From Spongospora subterranea f. sp. subterranea (taxonomy: Eukaryota), in NCBI GenBank assembly GCA_049724395.1, contig JAUGWO010000111.1, forward strand, positions 1 to 64,000: a stretch of 64,000 bases of DNA. The letters run 5' to 3'. Shown here piece after piece: positions 31,561-46,200 of the stretch. The first letter of the stretch is position 1, and the number at the start of each line of letters is the position of its first letter. The notes under the pieces were generated by a model. The model was not told the origin of the DNA, ran no database searches, and saw nothing but the letters and a program-made list of their open reading frames with translations. Made by a program: the position numbers and the translations under genes.

Positions 31561-33299
31561 ATGTCGTGCCTAGTGAGAGTCTGAGCTGATTGTATTTGTT
31601 CTGAATAGCATACCGAAACGATGATGGCAAAATAGGCTGTGCGGCAAGCATTATCATGATCAAATTGATACAGAAAGTGACAATGCTGAGACTGCGGTGA
31701 GAGCTCGGACAATCAATTTTCGGGCGAAATTTACCACTCGTCGACTATCAACAACCATCAAAATGACTCTCATGTTCCTGATTATATTGGAATCCCACAA
31801 CAATCAGATCACCTTCTATCCAAGCCCCATCACAAGGGCAGAGAAATTTGACCAGATGCAGATACTGTTGTTGACATTTTGGGAAGCTGTTGACAAAACC
31901 GTTGAAGTTCCCTAATATTGACGACGTGTCGAACAATCCGATCAATTTTAGCAACCACTATTTCTCCTCTAATTCCCCTCGGGAACTCCACAGGTAAAGC
32001 GATTCGAATCAAGACCTGTCCGACCGGCTCAACGATGATCATTCCCGAATTGACTGGCTATTAACGACTCCGATCACTCTTCCAATGTATCAAAGGCTCC
32101 GTGCTGTTAACGCCTTCTCAATTATCGGTTTCGAAAGACGTTTCAGGCATCGCCAGGAGACTTTGACAACCCGAAATACGAAACCCCTCCGTTAAACTTA
32201 AAACATCATTGCTTGCGGCGTCCTAAAGCTCGCGTAGTTTATTATCCATAAAAACAATGTCAAAGGAGCGAGGCTGACCGATTGATATAAGAGAGTTATC
32301 CAGGGGAGGAGCAACTCCAACGTTGTTCCGGTAATCTTGCGACTGTAAGATAGATCGGTTAGTCCTCATATTTTGGTTCGAAAGACTTAAAGTCCTAAGG
32401 ATTAGGATTTAATGATTCCAAAACTAGAAAGTTGTAGAACCTAGAACATCTTTTTGTCCTCTCATTTCAAACCGATGACCGACCTACACTTGATTTTACT
32501 GAACGTGAGTCGACTTTTACGTCGGGCCACGTTCGAAAACGGCAAACCAATGCGACCAGACCGCTTGCGCAATACGACAACGAACTTTCGTCGTCGCTGG
32601 AAACGGACCCCAATTTCAACCTGCGTCGGAACTGTCCCATCCACAGGTGCACCATTTGCCAGCGTGGTCCTCAGCAATGCTGACTCACTTTCACCCCCAA
32701 ATCCTTCACTGGTTTATGGTGAAAATCCCAAAGTGGGTTAGGTGAAGAGATTCTCTCCCAGCCCACGTAAATGGAAACCGATTCCCCTGTTTTGAGAACG
32801 CGACACTATCCGCCTAGAGAAATTCTGACGACCCCTGTTCTGCTCAATCGTGATATATCGCCCAGATATCATCATGTCGGGCGCTAAGAAAGAATCTGTA
32901 GAACACGCTGATCATATTAAACAATCCAGTGCCCACCGCGACAAGCCCAAAACATGGCCTACAGAGTTCAAAACCCAGCGAAACTGGTTTTTCACCAAGA
33001 AATCAACTCCTCGACGCTAAAAGGAAAAAACAAGGCAAAAGGGCGATTGATTCAGCAGTCGGAGGCTTCCCTAGAACTGGGCGCTTCCTTGTTAGCTGCC
33101 CATTTGGGATCCAAACCAAGGATTTCACATACGGCGGAAGACTGGACGTTTTGATGTTCCGGATGTGCATTGGCATAAACGATCGTGGAATTGTTATTTA
33201 GTCGACTGAATGACCATCCCGGAATCCATTTCGTTAGAGGTTTGCTGCAAAAGGCAGAGAACTTGGCGACGTCCAGGTGCAGTGGCGGCCACCTGGACC

Positions 33300-35997
33300 A
33301 CGGTCATTGCCAGGTCTGGGTCTGGTCAACCGTTATGGCGATACGGGACCAGATCGTGCTGGTAATCTAGTCTGACCCTAATGTCCAGCGTATTGTTATA
33401 GGCATCCGCTAAGTGCCTCATAGATTGATCGCCGGGCAGATTTGGCGACAGCGTATCCTTTCCACCGGTTTGTGGATAATTAATATCGCATCGCTATGGA
33501 TGGGGGTGTTAGGATTGAATCATTAAACTGACGTTCGATGACACAGAGCGAGACTTGTTCTTCACTGATGGCTTCAGGCGATGCCGAACCGGATGAAACA
33601 GCTCGCAGACGTGGGGAGCGATCGTGAGGGTGCTGTTCACACCTGCATCTTATTTCGATAAGGAGCCGATTCACTCAGATTTACGAATTTCGCAGCGATT
33701 CCCCATGTGCCCAGGAGTCGTCATGACGCCGTCGCTGCAGTCGACTCCATATTTTGAACAAAGGCCTTGATCCGTGTGGCGTCGTTGGTTTTAACAGTTA
33801 CCAGAAAGTAATTGCTGCTCCCTCCAGGTGATGGCATATGGTGAAAACGCGGCTTCTTTAGACTAAAACATTCGCATGGGTGAGTCGACCGTACTTCAAA
33901 CGATGCAGGTTTTTCACTAAGACAGTCATCGACGATCGTCTGGACATGAGTTGTTGCACCATTAGAATGAAACGCGATTTGGACTTGATCGTGAAAACCA
34001 ACGCAGCTCGTGATTTCCAAGAAATGCTAGGAGGTCTGGGCTGTCCCCAGGAATTGGCAGGGTCAATCTAGAAGGGCAAGGAAGATTGCCCAACAATTAT
34101 CGCCGAAGCTGTCGCTAGCCATGATCTCTTGGTTCTAACACATTTGTTTACTTTGGACCCCTGGTCGTTTTATCGAGTACTGAAGGCCGGCGGTGGCAGC
34201 ACCTCGTCAAGACGATAAAGATCGGGAAGGTGCAATGTATGCGAAATCAAAATGAATGATCTGATTGGCAATAGATGTATGAAGAGCTGCGCCAAAAGCG
34301 CGAGGGATACTATTACCCCTAGCATTAACAGCGCAATGAAGGCATTGAAGGCAGAAACACGACACATCATTGATGAGAGTGGCCCAAAAAAAAATAGGTC
34401 TTGTAAGGCATTTCGAGTAGCTTGAGTTCCTCGGTGACCAGAACGTCCCCAATGCGCAATGATCAATAATCGAAGTTGAAGTTCGACAGCTTCAGTGGGA
34501 ATCCATATAATATTGCCCGAATTTAAAAACAGATCTTGCGATGAAATCCTGGTGAAAACATGCCCTCTTTAATACACGGCGATTTTTGCAAAACAACTTC
34601 AAAAGCATTACTCTGGGTTACCAGAATTTCCAACAACGACGGCCATAAAAAATCGGGTTGTTGTAAAGGTTGAGAGGCACTGATGCCGAAATTCGATTGA
34701 TACAAATTGTACTGTCCTGTCTTGTCGAGCCAATCGTGACCCGAGATCGGCCCAGACATTGATTTCTCCGGAAATTCCTTCGATGACATAGGCTTTACCA
34801 TCTGAACGAAGTCGCCACCGATAAAATCTTATCCAGAGAGTGTTGTCAAAAAAAACGCCAGAAGATTGCGGACCATATAGGAACACCAAACTACGATGAT
34901 CTGATACGAAAAGGATGCACACCTGTACAAAGAAGATAATCAAACTGGCCGACCGCATGTTGAATTGGGAACGCTTCTTTTTCAGGAACAGACGATTGTA
35001 AAGAAGTTCGTTTAAATCCTCCACTGCAGAAGGCAAAAGGTTCATGTCGTTGATCCTGAAAAGGAAGATAAAGATCTTCAAACGACACTTGCGTGATTGT
35101 AACCATTCAAACCTGCTTACTCGCATCGGAAAATAAGCACGAACAAAATCTTCCTTTGGATACGCCAAAGTAACAGCTTCTCTAATTGACACAATAACAG
35201 TTTGGAAAGCCTGGGAAAAGTCATCATTCCAACCAACATCCTTTAGCACGACTCGGGCGGCAGATTTCTTTGTCCGCAATGTCAAACCTGAAAAAACGTC
35301 TTCCAAAATTTGTCGAAAAGGAGCAATTACACATGAACATTTGGGATAGATGATGATAGCCACGTCATAAGAATTGCATGAGATTGTTAAAACTCAAGAC
35401 GATTAAGCATATCTGAGATGTATGGGGTTTCCCCTATTTACCGGCTGAAGGCCCGTCCCGCATGTTTCGGTGTACCGTAAATAAATTAACTCCTCTATTA
35501 TTCGAGTTTGCAGAGAGATGAGCTCCAGTTGTTGGTAGTTGGAAATTGATTAAAACCTGAATTCGAGCGGGATCATGGCTAATACCCGTCGCAGAACATG
35601 TTCGACCACACCATTTGGCACATAATAGGAAAAACTCGCACTTAATGACATTGAGCTTGCGACCAAACTGTCGACATCTCCCAACAACCTCTCTTAAAAG
35701 CAATAATAAATTTTTAAAACTCAAGGCGAATCTCAAAACGTCATCAAGCCATACTAAAAGTTTGTTAGGCACCATTTCGTGAAATATTTCGTACATTCCT
35801 CGCTGAAACAACGCAAACACTCCATTGCTGTTTCCTTGTGCCAGTATGGTAGGGGTATAAGCACCAAATGGGGTAATAAAACTTTGACAATCAAGATAGC
35901 CAGAAACGGGGAACTGCCAATAACCTTTAAATGCATCCAGAGTGAAAAAACACGACGAACCAGCGATGTAAGAACCCAAGGTGTGCTGGTACGGCAT
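33300..35997 (-). mobile_element. Degraded Ty3/gypsy pol (RT, RNase H, integrase)
   Basis: LDAFKGYWQFP, FITPFG, WLDD, GEINVWAD, and HHCC-like IIAHWGRSGHRG...CLQCLHC; many frameshifts. Confidence 0.85.
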
Positions 35998-36019
35998 CGG
36001 AAATTGCTGAGGTTGAAGA

Positions 36020-36850
36020 CACTTACGACAAGCAAGACAGGAAATTTATCCCAGGATGGATACTGACAATCGGAGATAATATCGTTTCGTGGAAAAGCAA
36101 GACGCAAGCATCTGTTGCACTATCCACCACCGAGACCGAATACATGGCCGCTTCTGATGCAATGAAAGAAATAATATGGTTTCAAGACATATTAGAAGAA
36201 CTTCAAACGATTGATAGTAAACACACACTTCTTTATCAAGACAACCAAGGGATAGAGCAGAATAATAGCAACAATCAGCGGACTAAGCATATTGACGTCC
36301 GTTACCATTTCATCAGGCAAGCGATCGAACAAGGACGAGCCGAGATGTGCTACTGAGCAACGGAGACGATGATCGCCGATCTGCTCACTAAGCCGACCGT
36401 CGCCGAGCTTCGAGCGACATCACGATACTCTCTACAGAATGAACGGGATAAAAATCTCCAAAATCCCAATCACAAGTTCAAGCACAGCCCACCGATTTCT
36501 CAACGAAGGGGCATGTCAGACTGGAAGTGTTGTTGATACCGGTGACTGATCATATATCATATATGATGTGATGCAGCCTGTACTCGACCCTACAAATGGG
36601 ATAATAAACTTCACTCTTTTTCTTGTTTTGACAAATACCGGTGCACCTGTCGTTAATATACACGGCAACCCAATTTGGCACAAGGCCCGGTTGGTGGCGC
36701 AAGGATTTAAACAATGGCTTGGAATCGACTTCTACGAAACATTCGCTCCCGTTAATTCAAGTGCGACCCTAAGACCATGAGATTCATCAAATGGGTGTCG
36801 ATACGGCATATCTCAACGGAAATATCGACGAGGAGATATACATTCGACAG
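36020..36850 (+). mobile_element. Copia RNase H end, PPT/short LTR-like segment and RT fragment
   Basis: VALSTTETEYMA, YQDNQG, RTKHIDVRYHFIR, MIADLLTKP; then KARLVAQGFKQ..GIDFYETFAPV. Confidence 0.8.
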
Positions 36851-37371
36851 CCCGAAGTTCGGGCAAGCCGGAAACGAATAGGGCTTTGATTGGATCCGGA
36901 TTATACCCGGTATCCGGTATCCGATAAGTGCCTCGGATCGGATCTCGGAATTCGTCGCTCTTTGGGTGACGTCCCCATATTTGATGATCATGTGTCAATC
37001 ACAGAAATTCGACACCTTCTGAAATTAACCCGATCGCGCATCTGGAAACGGTGCTTCTGACTCGCTGTCTCAAATTCATGTCTTTCCGCGAAGCATTTGA
37101 CCGACTAACTGTCCGCCTCAGTGACCGAATGCCATGTGACGTTTCATCCAGTCTCTCTGTAAGTGGCGGGGAAGCTATGGCAAGCAAAGGACAAGGAAGT
37201 AGAATAGAAGTTTATTGGATAATGTTAGGGCTTTAAATAGGGCATAAAAGCAGTGTAACGAGAAGGACGGGACGTAGGCTAGGATAACCCGACCAGTCAA
37301 GAGGGCATAAAGGCAATTGCAGTGATGGGAGAGAACTGCAATTTGCTTAGATCAAGGAGTAACGAGTGAGG

Positions 37372-39310
37372 TTAAGCAGGCCCCATCGTAGAACGTGCGG
37401 CGTCCTCGCGGGCGTGGAATGCTCTGATAAGGTCAGCGGAGATGTGAGAAGCGGTCTCCCAGGAGTTGTGTTCTGCAGAGTAACCAACCCAAGAGACCAG
37501 ATACTGATCAACCCCACGGCGACGGCGATGGGCGAGGAGGTGGTCGACATGGTAATATTCGTCATGACCAATTTTAAACGAAGAAGGGGGAAGTGGAACG
37601 GAAGGACGTCCAGGGAAAGTTCGCGGATCTTTGAACGGCTTCAACTGGGAGATGTGGAAGATGGGGTGAACGCGGATTTGGGAAGGCAACTGCAACCTAT
37701 ACGTTAAACTACAGATTTTGTCAGTTATGGGGAATGGACCGATAAAGATTATGTAAAGCTTGCGTTTGGTAGGCGGGAGGTAGTCCGGCAGGATGTGTTA
37801 AGTGGACAGCAGGACTTGGTCGCCAACGGATAATTGAACATCGTGGCGACGACGGTCAGCATGACGGCGTTGACGTTCCTGTGCTTGAGCGAGCGTGCTG
37901 CAGAGTAGCACGAGTGGATTCAAGGAATTCCGTGATCGAGGCGGAGCATCAAGGTGACGACGTAAAAGAGCAATGGGTGTGCGAGGGAGATATCCATTGC
38001 AGAGATAGAACGAAGAGTAGGTTGTCGAAGAAGATACTGGAGTTGTAGGCGAACTCAAGAGCTAGAAGTTGCTCGTACCAGGCGGTTTGAAAACGTGTGG
38101 TGCTACATCGGATGAGCTGATTGAGAATACGGATAACACGTTCAGTCTGGCCGTCAGTCTGCTGATGGTGTGAAGTGGACAGGCGTAGCGTGGTTCCTAA
38201 GAGTTTGAAAAGTTCGGTCCAAATTGTGCTTGTAAATTTGGGATCACGATCCGAGATTATCTCATCAAGAATGCCATGATGTTTGAAGATGTGATGGAAA
38301 AAGAGATGAGCAGTGTCAGCAGATGTAGCAGTAGTACGAGTTGGAATAAAATGTGCGAGTTTTGAAAGGCGATCAACAACTATGAAAAGTGAATCAAAGC
38401 CGGCGTGACATTGAGGGAGTGCGACCATAAAGTCCGTGGCGATGGAAGACCAACGGTGTAACGGAATGGCCAGTGGTTGTAACAGACCGGCGGGCCGTTG
38501 TGTACTTGTCTTGTTGCGTTGGCAGACATCGCAAGTGCTACAGAAGTTACGGCAGTCGGACTGAAGTGTAGACCAGTAAAAAGATTTAGCAGTACGGAGG
38601 TACGCTGTAGCAACACCGAAGTGACCTTGGTGAGAAGGATTATGGTTTTCGGCGATGATGTTGGTATGGTATGGTATACAAAGGATCGCGGGTTCTTATG
38701 GGGCCTGTGTACTACCAGGCTTTCCCTACTTCCGCCTGGCCGCTACAAGTAGCTTGGGTATCCAATGAAGGAACCTATTAGACCAGCTGGATTCAGCAAC
38801 ATAATCTGTCCTAACGACCACACCGAATGGGCCCTGCCCCCACCTGATTACATTGCCTATCCAGAGTTTCCGAGTTTACTGCAAGCAGCTCGCTCTCCCA
38901 CATTCATTAGAGGCCACGTGGTCAGACCTTCGTGCTCAACATTCAGTCTACTTTTCCGTATTGGATGCAACCTTGGGGGGTCTCCCAAAATTCCATCACT
39001 CACGGGGTTTCGAACTCATGACCAACACTCACCCGGACATGGTACCCTGCCACCAACAGGGTCACAGGGACAGACAGGAACCAAGCTTTCGGCGATGATG
39101 GTATGGCGCAGAACAGTGTCATTCGGGACGCAGACGCGATGTTCGAAAAACAGGAGACCGTCTTGCGTCGAATATTGATCCGGTAACCTGTCAGGGGAGA
39201 TAACAGCGAGCAGGTGTAAATCACCGAAGTCTGCATCGTTAGCGTAGGCGTCAGAATTTTGGTGAGCAGAGGCAACGACGACCGACCCGAGGTACTGCGT
39301 TAGAGCGTGA
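37372..39310 (-). mobile_element. Chromovirus integrase + chromodomain remnant, interrupted by a SINE
   Basis: VVDRLSK, ISDRDPKF, HQQTDGQTER, HPIFHISQLKP, and YYHVDHLLAHRR..QYLVSWVGY..EHNSWE. Confidence 0.9.
38661..39086 (-). mobile_element. SINE-A full-length copy (head 1 + (ATACC)n tail A)
   Basis: TSD TTTCGGCGATGATG at 38647-38660 and 39087-39100; 5' end AGCTTGGTTC; B-box-like GAGTTCGAAACCC; further copies at 55.2-56.2 kb. Confidence 0.85.
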
Positions 39311-39329
39311 GTTGCAATCAGGGGAGACA

Positions 39330-40570
39330 CTCTACTCTCATCTCATTGCCCTTCTTTGGAGTGGTATCAGGACGACGCTGGCATTACGTCCACTTTCTGT
39401 GGAACTTCGTTCCCAAATCGCAACGGCATCGCCCAGTCGTTCGGAAGTTTTTTCGGATTACGTTGATCAATTCCGAAAATAATTATGGCATCGTGCCCAA
39501 TCTATGCCGAATCGATGTGGTCTTTTTGAAGATCAAGTCGTTCAGTCGTTCATCGATTCCCTTGACCAGTACAATGCGGATTTGTTCACAAAATCGGTGG
39601 AGTCCGGTGCCAGAGATACTTCCTTGGAATCCTCCTTTTTAATCGTGTTCGAGAAAGCATCGACTCTATCGGTCACCCGCTCCGTTCTGTACTCTGTGAA
39701 ATTCCCTCACGTGAACCGGATTACCACATTTCCACCTTCGACACGGGCTCTTATCGTCGCGCCCGATGATTCTGGCCCAGCGAAGACTGTTCCTGGTCCC
39801 CCGGCACCAGCTCTATTGCCAGTGTGCGATCACCTTGTTCAGACATGCCCAACCTGTCCTGATGAACGTCGCAAGCAGTTGCTTAAAGAATTTCGCGATC
39901 GCATGCAAACTAGAGCTCCACGACACCCTTCGTCGGTAGTGTCCATTCCCGTTTCCCCCAGCATCACTGCCTCTCGCCATGTTTTCTACTGAAATGGCAA
40001 TCCCTTATTGCTTGGATACTGGTGCGGATGTTTGTGTCATGTCGGTTGACGTTGTACAGCGTCTGACCGTCCTCGACATCCCATTCCATCGATGTGCCAG
40101 TCCTACCTCCTCGATTTTTTCTGTTCACCAACTGTCCCAGTAAAGGTTGACTTTTGCATTATTGTGCCATCGGTGACCTTGCCGGCTGTGTGGTTTTACA
40201 CTCCCTTCGGTTTCAGGTTGTGTCATGTCCTCTCAAGGAGGTTCTCATATGCAAGCCAGTTTTGGACTATTTCGGGCTTAATGTCCAAGATATGTTTGAA
40301 AGCATATCTCATTCAAATTCCGAGTTCGATGTGTCCGATGTTCGCGAATTGTCACCATCTGGTCTTCATCGCGTCGGTTCCATATCAGATTGGACAACAC
40401 AGACTACTCCTTCTGATTCCGACACAGATTCCCAGGCTTTCCATGTCAGTGATGTTCCACCTGACCTGGTTCAATCGGCAATGCAAGAGGTTGTGTCGCA
40501 GTCGGACATACTGGCAATTCATGAAAAAGACCGATCTTCAAATATCTTAGGTGCATTTGTCAACTTTTGA
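39330..40570 (+). mobile_element. Degraded gypsy gag/protease remnant
   Basis: Knuckle-like CDHLVQTCP and protease-like LDTGADVCVMS near 40012. Confidence 0.55.
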
Positions 40571-40921
40571 AGGCGCTTTGGACGGTTTGAATGTAGGCAA
40601 TCTAGAGGGGTTTCTTAGTCATTGTAAGTGGGACCATTAGCAGCTTATAAAAGACGAAATAGCTTGGTTCTGGTCTGTCCCGGTTGGTGGCAGGTTAGGA
40701 CCAAGTCAGTGTGAGACTTGAGTTCGAAAACCCCGTGGGCAGGGATTTTGGGGAATACCCTAAGGTTGGCCAGCTAATACGGAAGTAGAGCGCAGGTTGT
40801 TGAGCATGCGAGGAACGAACCTCTTGAAAATAGACAGCTGATTTGTAATGATGCGACTTGGGTTCACGGCATTGTGGTGTTCCGTACAGGGAATTTCCCC
40901 CGTGTCCAACCAATGGGTAGG

Positions 40922-41395
40922 TATGGTATGGTATACAAAGGTTCGCGGGTTCTTATGGGTCGGGTAATCCTGTGTACTACCAGGATTTTCCCTACTTCCG
41001 CCTGGTCGCTACAAGCAGCTTGGGTATCCACTGAAGGAACCTATTAAACCAGCTGGATTAAGCAACATAACCTGTCCTAACGACCACACCGAATGGGACC
41101 TGCCCCACCTGATTACATTGCCTATCCAGAGTTTCCGAGTTTACTGCAAGCAGCTCTCCCTCCCACATTCACCCGAGTCATGTGGTCAGACCCATTTATT
41201 TTAACGAGGTTATTCTCCTCGGCACTTCATGATTACCCGGATTAGTGCGTTAAGGGGATAAAGCTTTTAAGAGAGGTGTTTGCATGACCTCTTCGGCATC
41301 ACTGACCAAGAAATCTCGTCATCTAAGAATCGAAGTCCGGACCTCAGCCTTGCTAGCCACGGAGCACACCCATCAGGCTAACTCCGCAGTTAACT
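40922..41395 (-). mobile_element. SINE-C (different tRNA-like head 2 + tail A) inserted in SINE-B
   Basis: TSD CAACCAATGGGTAGG at 40907-40921 and 41396-41410; A-box-like TAGCCTGATGG and B-box-like GACTTCGATTC; 40922-41192 matches the SINE-A tail. Confidence 0.8.
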
Positions 41396-43237
41396 CAACC
41401 AATGGGTAGGGGGTTTTAGTGAGTCGGGTCATGGGATCAACCTCACACTATCACAATGTCGGTCAGACTGCAGAACATTCAGCGAAGGTAATATTGTCTA
41501 GCGAATGAGCTTTGACACCAAGTTCGTCTTGGCCCTCTTGTAGATATGGGTACTACAGTACGGGACACCTTAACTCGACAATGTTTGTATGGGGCTCGCG
41601 GAGTTTTGTAATGGCCAAAGACAGATCAATGCAGAATGAAAAGCAGCTCTATTTTCGGGTAAATCTCGTCGAGAAGCAAATAGAAATAGAGTTAGATTTG
41701 TTATTGAACTAGTATTGACTGAGTTATCTAAGGTCGAATACTAAGTGGTAGAAGACCTTTTTGAAACTTGGCAGGGGAAAAACAATACTCCCTCTGTCCC
41801 ATAATGTCTGGCCGGTACACTTTACTCCGTGGGATTAAGGTGAATTTTAGCGCATGGAGGTAGTTTTATAGCTTGATGGAAAGATCTCTGCGAGATCTAC
41901 CCAGCAAGCTATCGAGTGACAAAGGTTCCCCAACAGTTGCGAAAATGTGAAGCGTTAAAAATGCGGTTTTGCATGACCATGACGGAATGACCCGCCCAGC
42001 CCTCAAAATAATGGTAATCGGTTCCCAAATTGATGGGGGAGATGAGCAATCAAACCACCATGTCGTTTCAAGCAACGAGCAGCGCCAGGCAATTTACCAA
42101 TTGCTTCTGACGAAGTTACGAGATGGCAAGCCAGTGAAGGGTGCGTTTACAGAGGTTGCTGGTCATTTCTCTGTCGGGTGGAAGACGGTCAGCCGAATCT
42201 GGAGTCGGGCGCAGCAACAGATATCAGAGGGTGCCTTGGTTCCTTGTGTCGACGCCAATTTTGGGGCCTGCGGCCGCAAGAAGACAATCGAGGATATCTC
42301 ATCTGTCCTGGTTGAAGTACCGCTTAATCGTCGCTCCACTATTCGTTCCATGGCAAAGGCAACTGGCATTCCGCGCTCTACCTTAGGTCGACGCGTCAAA
42401 GAAGGAACCATTCGAAGGCATTCGAATTCCATAAAGCCATTATTGACGGATTCAAACAAGATCGAGAGGCTGAAATTCTGTTTGTCGATGTTGCAGGAGG
42501 GCACCAATAGTTTCCAAAACATGTTCGACATTGTCCACGTGGACGAAAAATGGTTCTTCATGACGAAAGCGACCAGAATCTATTACCTGGCAGATGGCGA
42601 GCCTGAACCACTGCGTTCGTGCAAATCGAAGCGATTTATTGAAAAGGTCATGTTTTTGGCGGCCGTCGCTCGACCCAGATTCGACCAACACCGAAAAACA
42701 CAGTTTGACGGCAAGCTTGGTATATGGCCGTTCGTCATCAAGGAACCGGCAAAACGAGGTAGCAAGAACCGTGTTGTTGGAACACTTGTGACAAAACCCA
42801 TTACTGTCACGAAAGAATCCTATCGCTGCATGTTGTTGGAAAATGTTCTTCCAGCGATTCGGTCTCGATGGCCACGCTCTATGGCCAATAGTTGTTCCAT
42901 TTTCATACAGCAGGATAATGCCAAGCCGCATTTATCATCTTTAGACAAGGCCTTCGTTGAGGCTGCGGGATCTGATGGCTTCGATATCATCCTTCGGTGT
43001 CAGCCACCTAATAGCCCCGACATGAACGTCCTTGACTTGGGGTTTTTCAATGCAATTCAATCGATTCAGCACCAATGTGCCCCACGGAATGTCGACTAAA
43101 GGAAATCGATGTCTCCGATGTGAAGGTAATAGTAGAATGAGGTTTATTACTGCGTGGTTATAGCATGTATAGGTGGGAGAATATAGGGGGGAGTGCACTA
43201 ATAATCCAAATACAAAGTCCGCACAGTCACTCTTATG

Positions 43238-46200
43238 TTATGCATTTGCCGTGGTTGCGCCGACTGGGGGTACGCACCTTTCTTGGAGAATGTCCGTACT
43301 GGAGGCTGGCAAGTTGTATTCAACACGCCCCCTCAACTTGCTGGCTGTGATACCCATGGCTGTGCGACACCATTTGAACTTGGGAGCGTTCACTGGCTTC
43401 GTTAATCCATCCGCGATCATGGATTCTGATGGGCAATACTCTACCTCAATAGTCCCTTGCTCAATCTGATCTCGGCAAAAGTGAAAGCGCAGATCAATGT
43501 GTTTGGTTCTTTTGTCGGTGCGCCTGTTCTTGCTGATGGCGATGCATCCTTGGTTGTCTTCAAAGACTCGGGTGGCTAATTTCTGGCTGAAACCGAGTTC
43601 AGTCAGCATTTGACGAATCCATATTACCTCGCGCATTGTTTCGGATAGTGCAATGTACTCGGCTTCTGTTGACGAACATGCGACGATCTTCTGCAATGCA
43701 CTTCGCCAGGCAATGGCTGATCCAGACATCATCAGAGTATAGCCGCTCGTGGATCTTCTGGAATCTTTGTCTCCGGCCCAGTCACTGTCCGAGAAGGCGA
43801 TTAAGTGCGGAGGTTGCTTGGCTTGAAAGAATAGTCCGCAGTTAGAGCTCCCCTTGAGATATTTTAGGACACGTTTCGCAGAAGTCCAGTGTTGTTGCCC
43901 TGGGTTGTCCAAAAATCGGCATAACGAGGAGACTGCATGTGAGATATCGGGTCTTGTGCACGTGGCAATCCAATTCAGAGCTCCAACTAGTTCACGGTAG
44001 GGTGTTCCTTGCATATCTTGCATTTGTTCGGCACTCGTTGCACACATGTCCTTGTTCAAGTAGAATCCTGGTTGTTCTGGAGTGTCAACTGGCTTACAGT
44101 CCATCATCTGGAATTTTGACAATTGTTCCAAAATATACGTCTCCTGGTCAAGTAGGATACCGTCGTTGCTGCTTGAAACCCTCATTCCTAGTAGCCGTTT
44201 CGGTTCACCTAGGTCCGTAATTGGAAAGCGATTTGATAGTTGTGCAACGATTCCTTCCGCAAGAACAGGACAATTGTGAGCCAACAGCAGATCGTCAGTT
44301 GACAGTGACATGATAATCATATCTTCTTTTGACCGCATAATGTAGACGCAAGCATCAGAACTGAGTCGTTTGAAACCGAGGTCTTTGGTGATGAATAGAT
44401 TGATGGTATTGTTCCAGACAAGTCCAGCCTGCTTCAGACCGTAGAGACTTTTCTTCAGGCGGCACACCAGGCTTGGATCATGAGAAATATAGCCTTTGGG
44501 TTGAACCATGTATATTTCTTCGTGAAGTTCTGCTTGCAAGAATGCTTCCGACGACGTCTAGCTGTCTCAATTTCAGTTTCAATGATGCAGCAAGTGCAAA
44601 TACCAATCGGACAGAGGCGAGATGCGCCACTGGAGAGAATGTCTCGTCGAAGTCGATTCCTGGTCGCTGTGAGTAGCCTTTAACAACTAGTCTAGCCTTG
44701 AATTTGTTTACGAGTCCCTTCTCGTCTGATTTGACCTTGAATACCCATTTGTTTTGAATAGCGTTGCGTCCGCTAGGAAGTCTGACAAGTTCCCAGGTTT
44801 TGTTGTGTTGTAAGCTGTCAAATTCCGCTTTTGTGGCTGCTGCCCATTCCTTGCAAAACTCGTTCTCTGAATCCAATGCTTCGCTGATCGACTTCGGGAT
44901 CGTGACCTGAGTGGCTCGCAGAGTGTGATTGTTTCGCTGTTGCACCAGCATGGCTGCAGGTGCCTTCCACCATTCCCCGGAGCACGGCGTGTTCTTGCTC
45001 CTCGAGCATTCTGGATATCAGGTTGAGCTACAGCTGGCTCATCGGATTCGCTTGCATTTGATTGGTGACAAGATGAACTCGAACTTTCGCTGGGTGCTAC
45101 TCAGGGATGAGGATTCGAGGTGTGATGAAAGAATGCGGTCACTGTCCTCTGGGGCGGAATCGTCTGTTGAAGGAATGAGGTCACCGTCGTCAGGAGCGGG
45201 ATCATCGTTGTTTGGTGGGACCTGGGGAGGATTGTCTGAAAAAATGTCGCCAAGGTGTAATTGGATAGTGTTGTCATCAATCTGGTCCAAGGTTTCCCGT
45301 GTGAAAGAGTTCTCGTCGAAGACAGCGTCAGTGAACCGAGTGGCAGTAATTTTGTTGGTAGAGCTGCAATAAAAGAGATAACCTTTCTGTTCCATGGCGT
45401 ACCCGATAAATGTTACCATTGAGCTTCTTGGTTGTAGCTTGCGATGCAGCTGGTTTGGAAGGTGGATGTACGCATCGCAACCGAACGTTCGCAGGTGCAT
45501 TAGGTCTGGTTTCTTATTGTGCCAGGCTTCGAATGGAGACATGTGTTCCGATAGGTGACTGTGGGGCCTGCGATTGAGGAGATAAACGGCTGTACAAACA
45601 GAGGCTGTCCAGAAGTTTTGCTTTAAGTTTGCACCGAATCGTATGCTCTCTGCGCAGTCCATGATTGTGCGATTCAGTCTTTCGATCATCCCATTTTGCT
45701 CTGATTGATACGGAACAATTTTTCTATGCACAATGCCCAGTTCTTGAAACAGCGCCTGACAGTCGTTGGAAGTATATTCGCCGCCATTGTCGCTTTGAAA
45801 GTATTTTACTGAGAAGCCCTTGTCCAAGAAAAGAGTATTGACCATTCTGATGAACGTTTTGATTGCTAGAAAAGCCTCGGATTTCCTTCGAAGTAGATAA
45901 ACGACGGTATACCTTGTGTGCGGATCTAGGAATGTGATGTAGTATCTTGATCTAGAATGGATGCCATCAACTGGAAAAGGTCCGGAAATATCGCTGTGAA
46001 CGATTTCGAGGGGTGAGCTGGTGGAGTTATTGGAAAAACGCGCTATCTTGCCTCTTGGCATCTTCCCCATCAAACAGCCATTGCAGAGCTCCGAACGTTG
46101 ATTGGGTATGATCTTTTCACCGCCATTGATGCCTTGTAGGATTACGTCGAGATCGGCATTGTTGATGTGGCCGAGGCGGTTGTGCCAAAGTTGATGCAGA

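Noticed and set aside
31700..32150. LINE AP-endonuclease remnant (SRIDWLL)
   Set aside because: Other diagnostic motifs (GDFN, SDH) are not found in frame.
44540..45100. Programmed frameshifting in copia-1 pol
   Set aside because: The second copia-1 copy is open across these positions, so the three 1-nt indels are mutations or sequencing errors.
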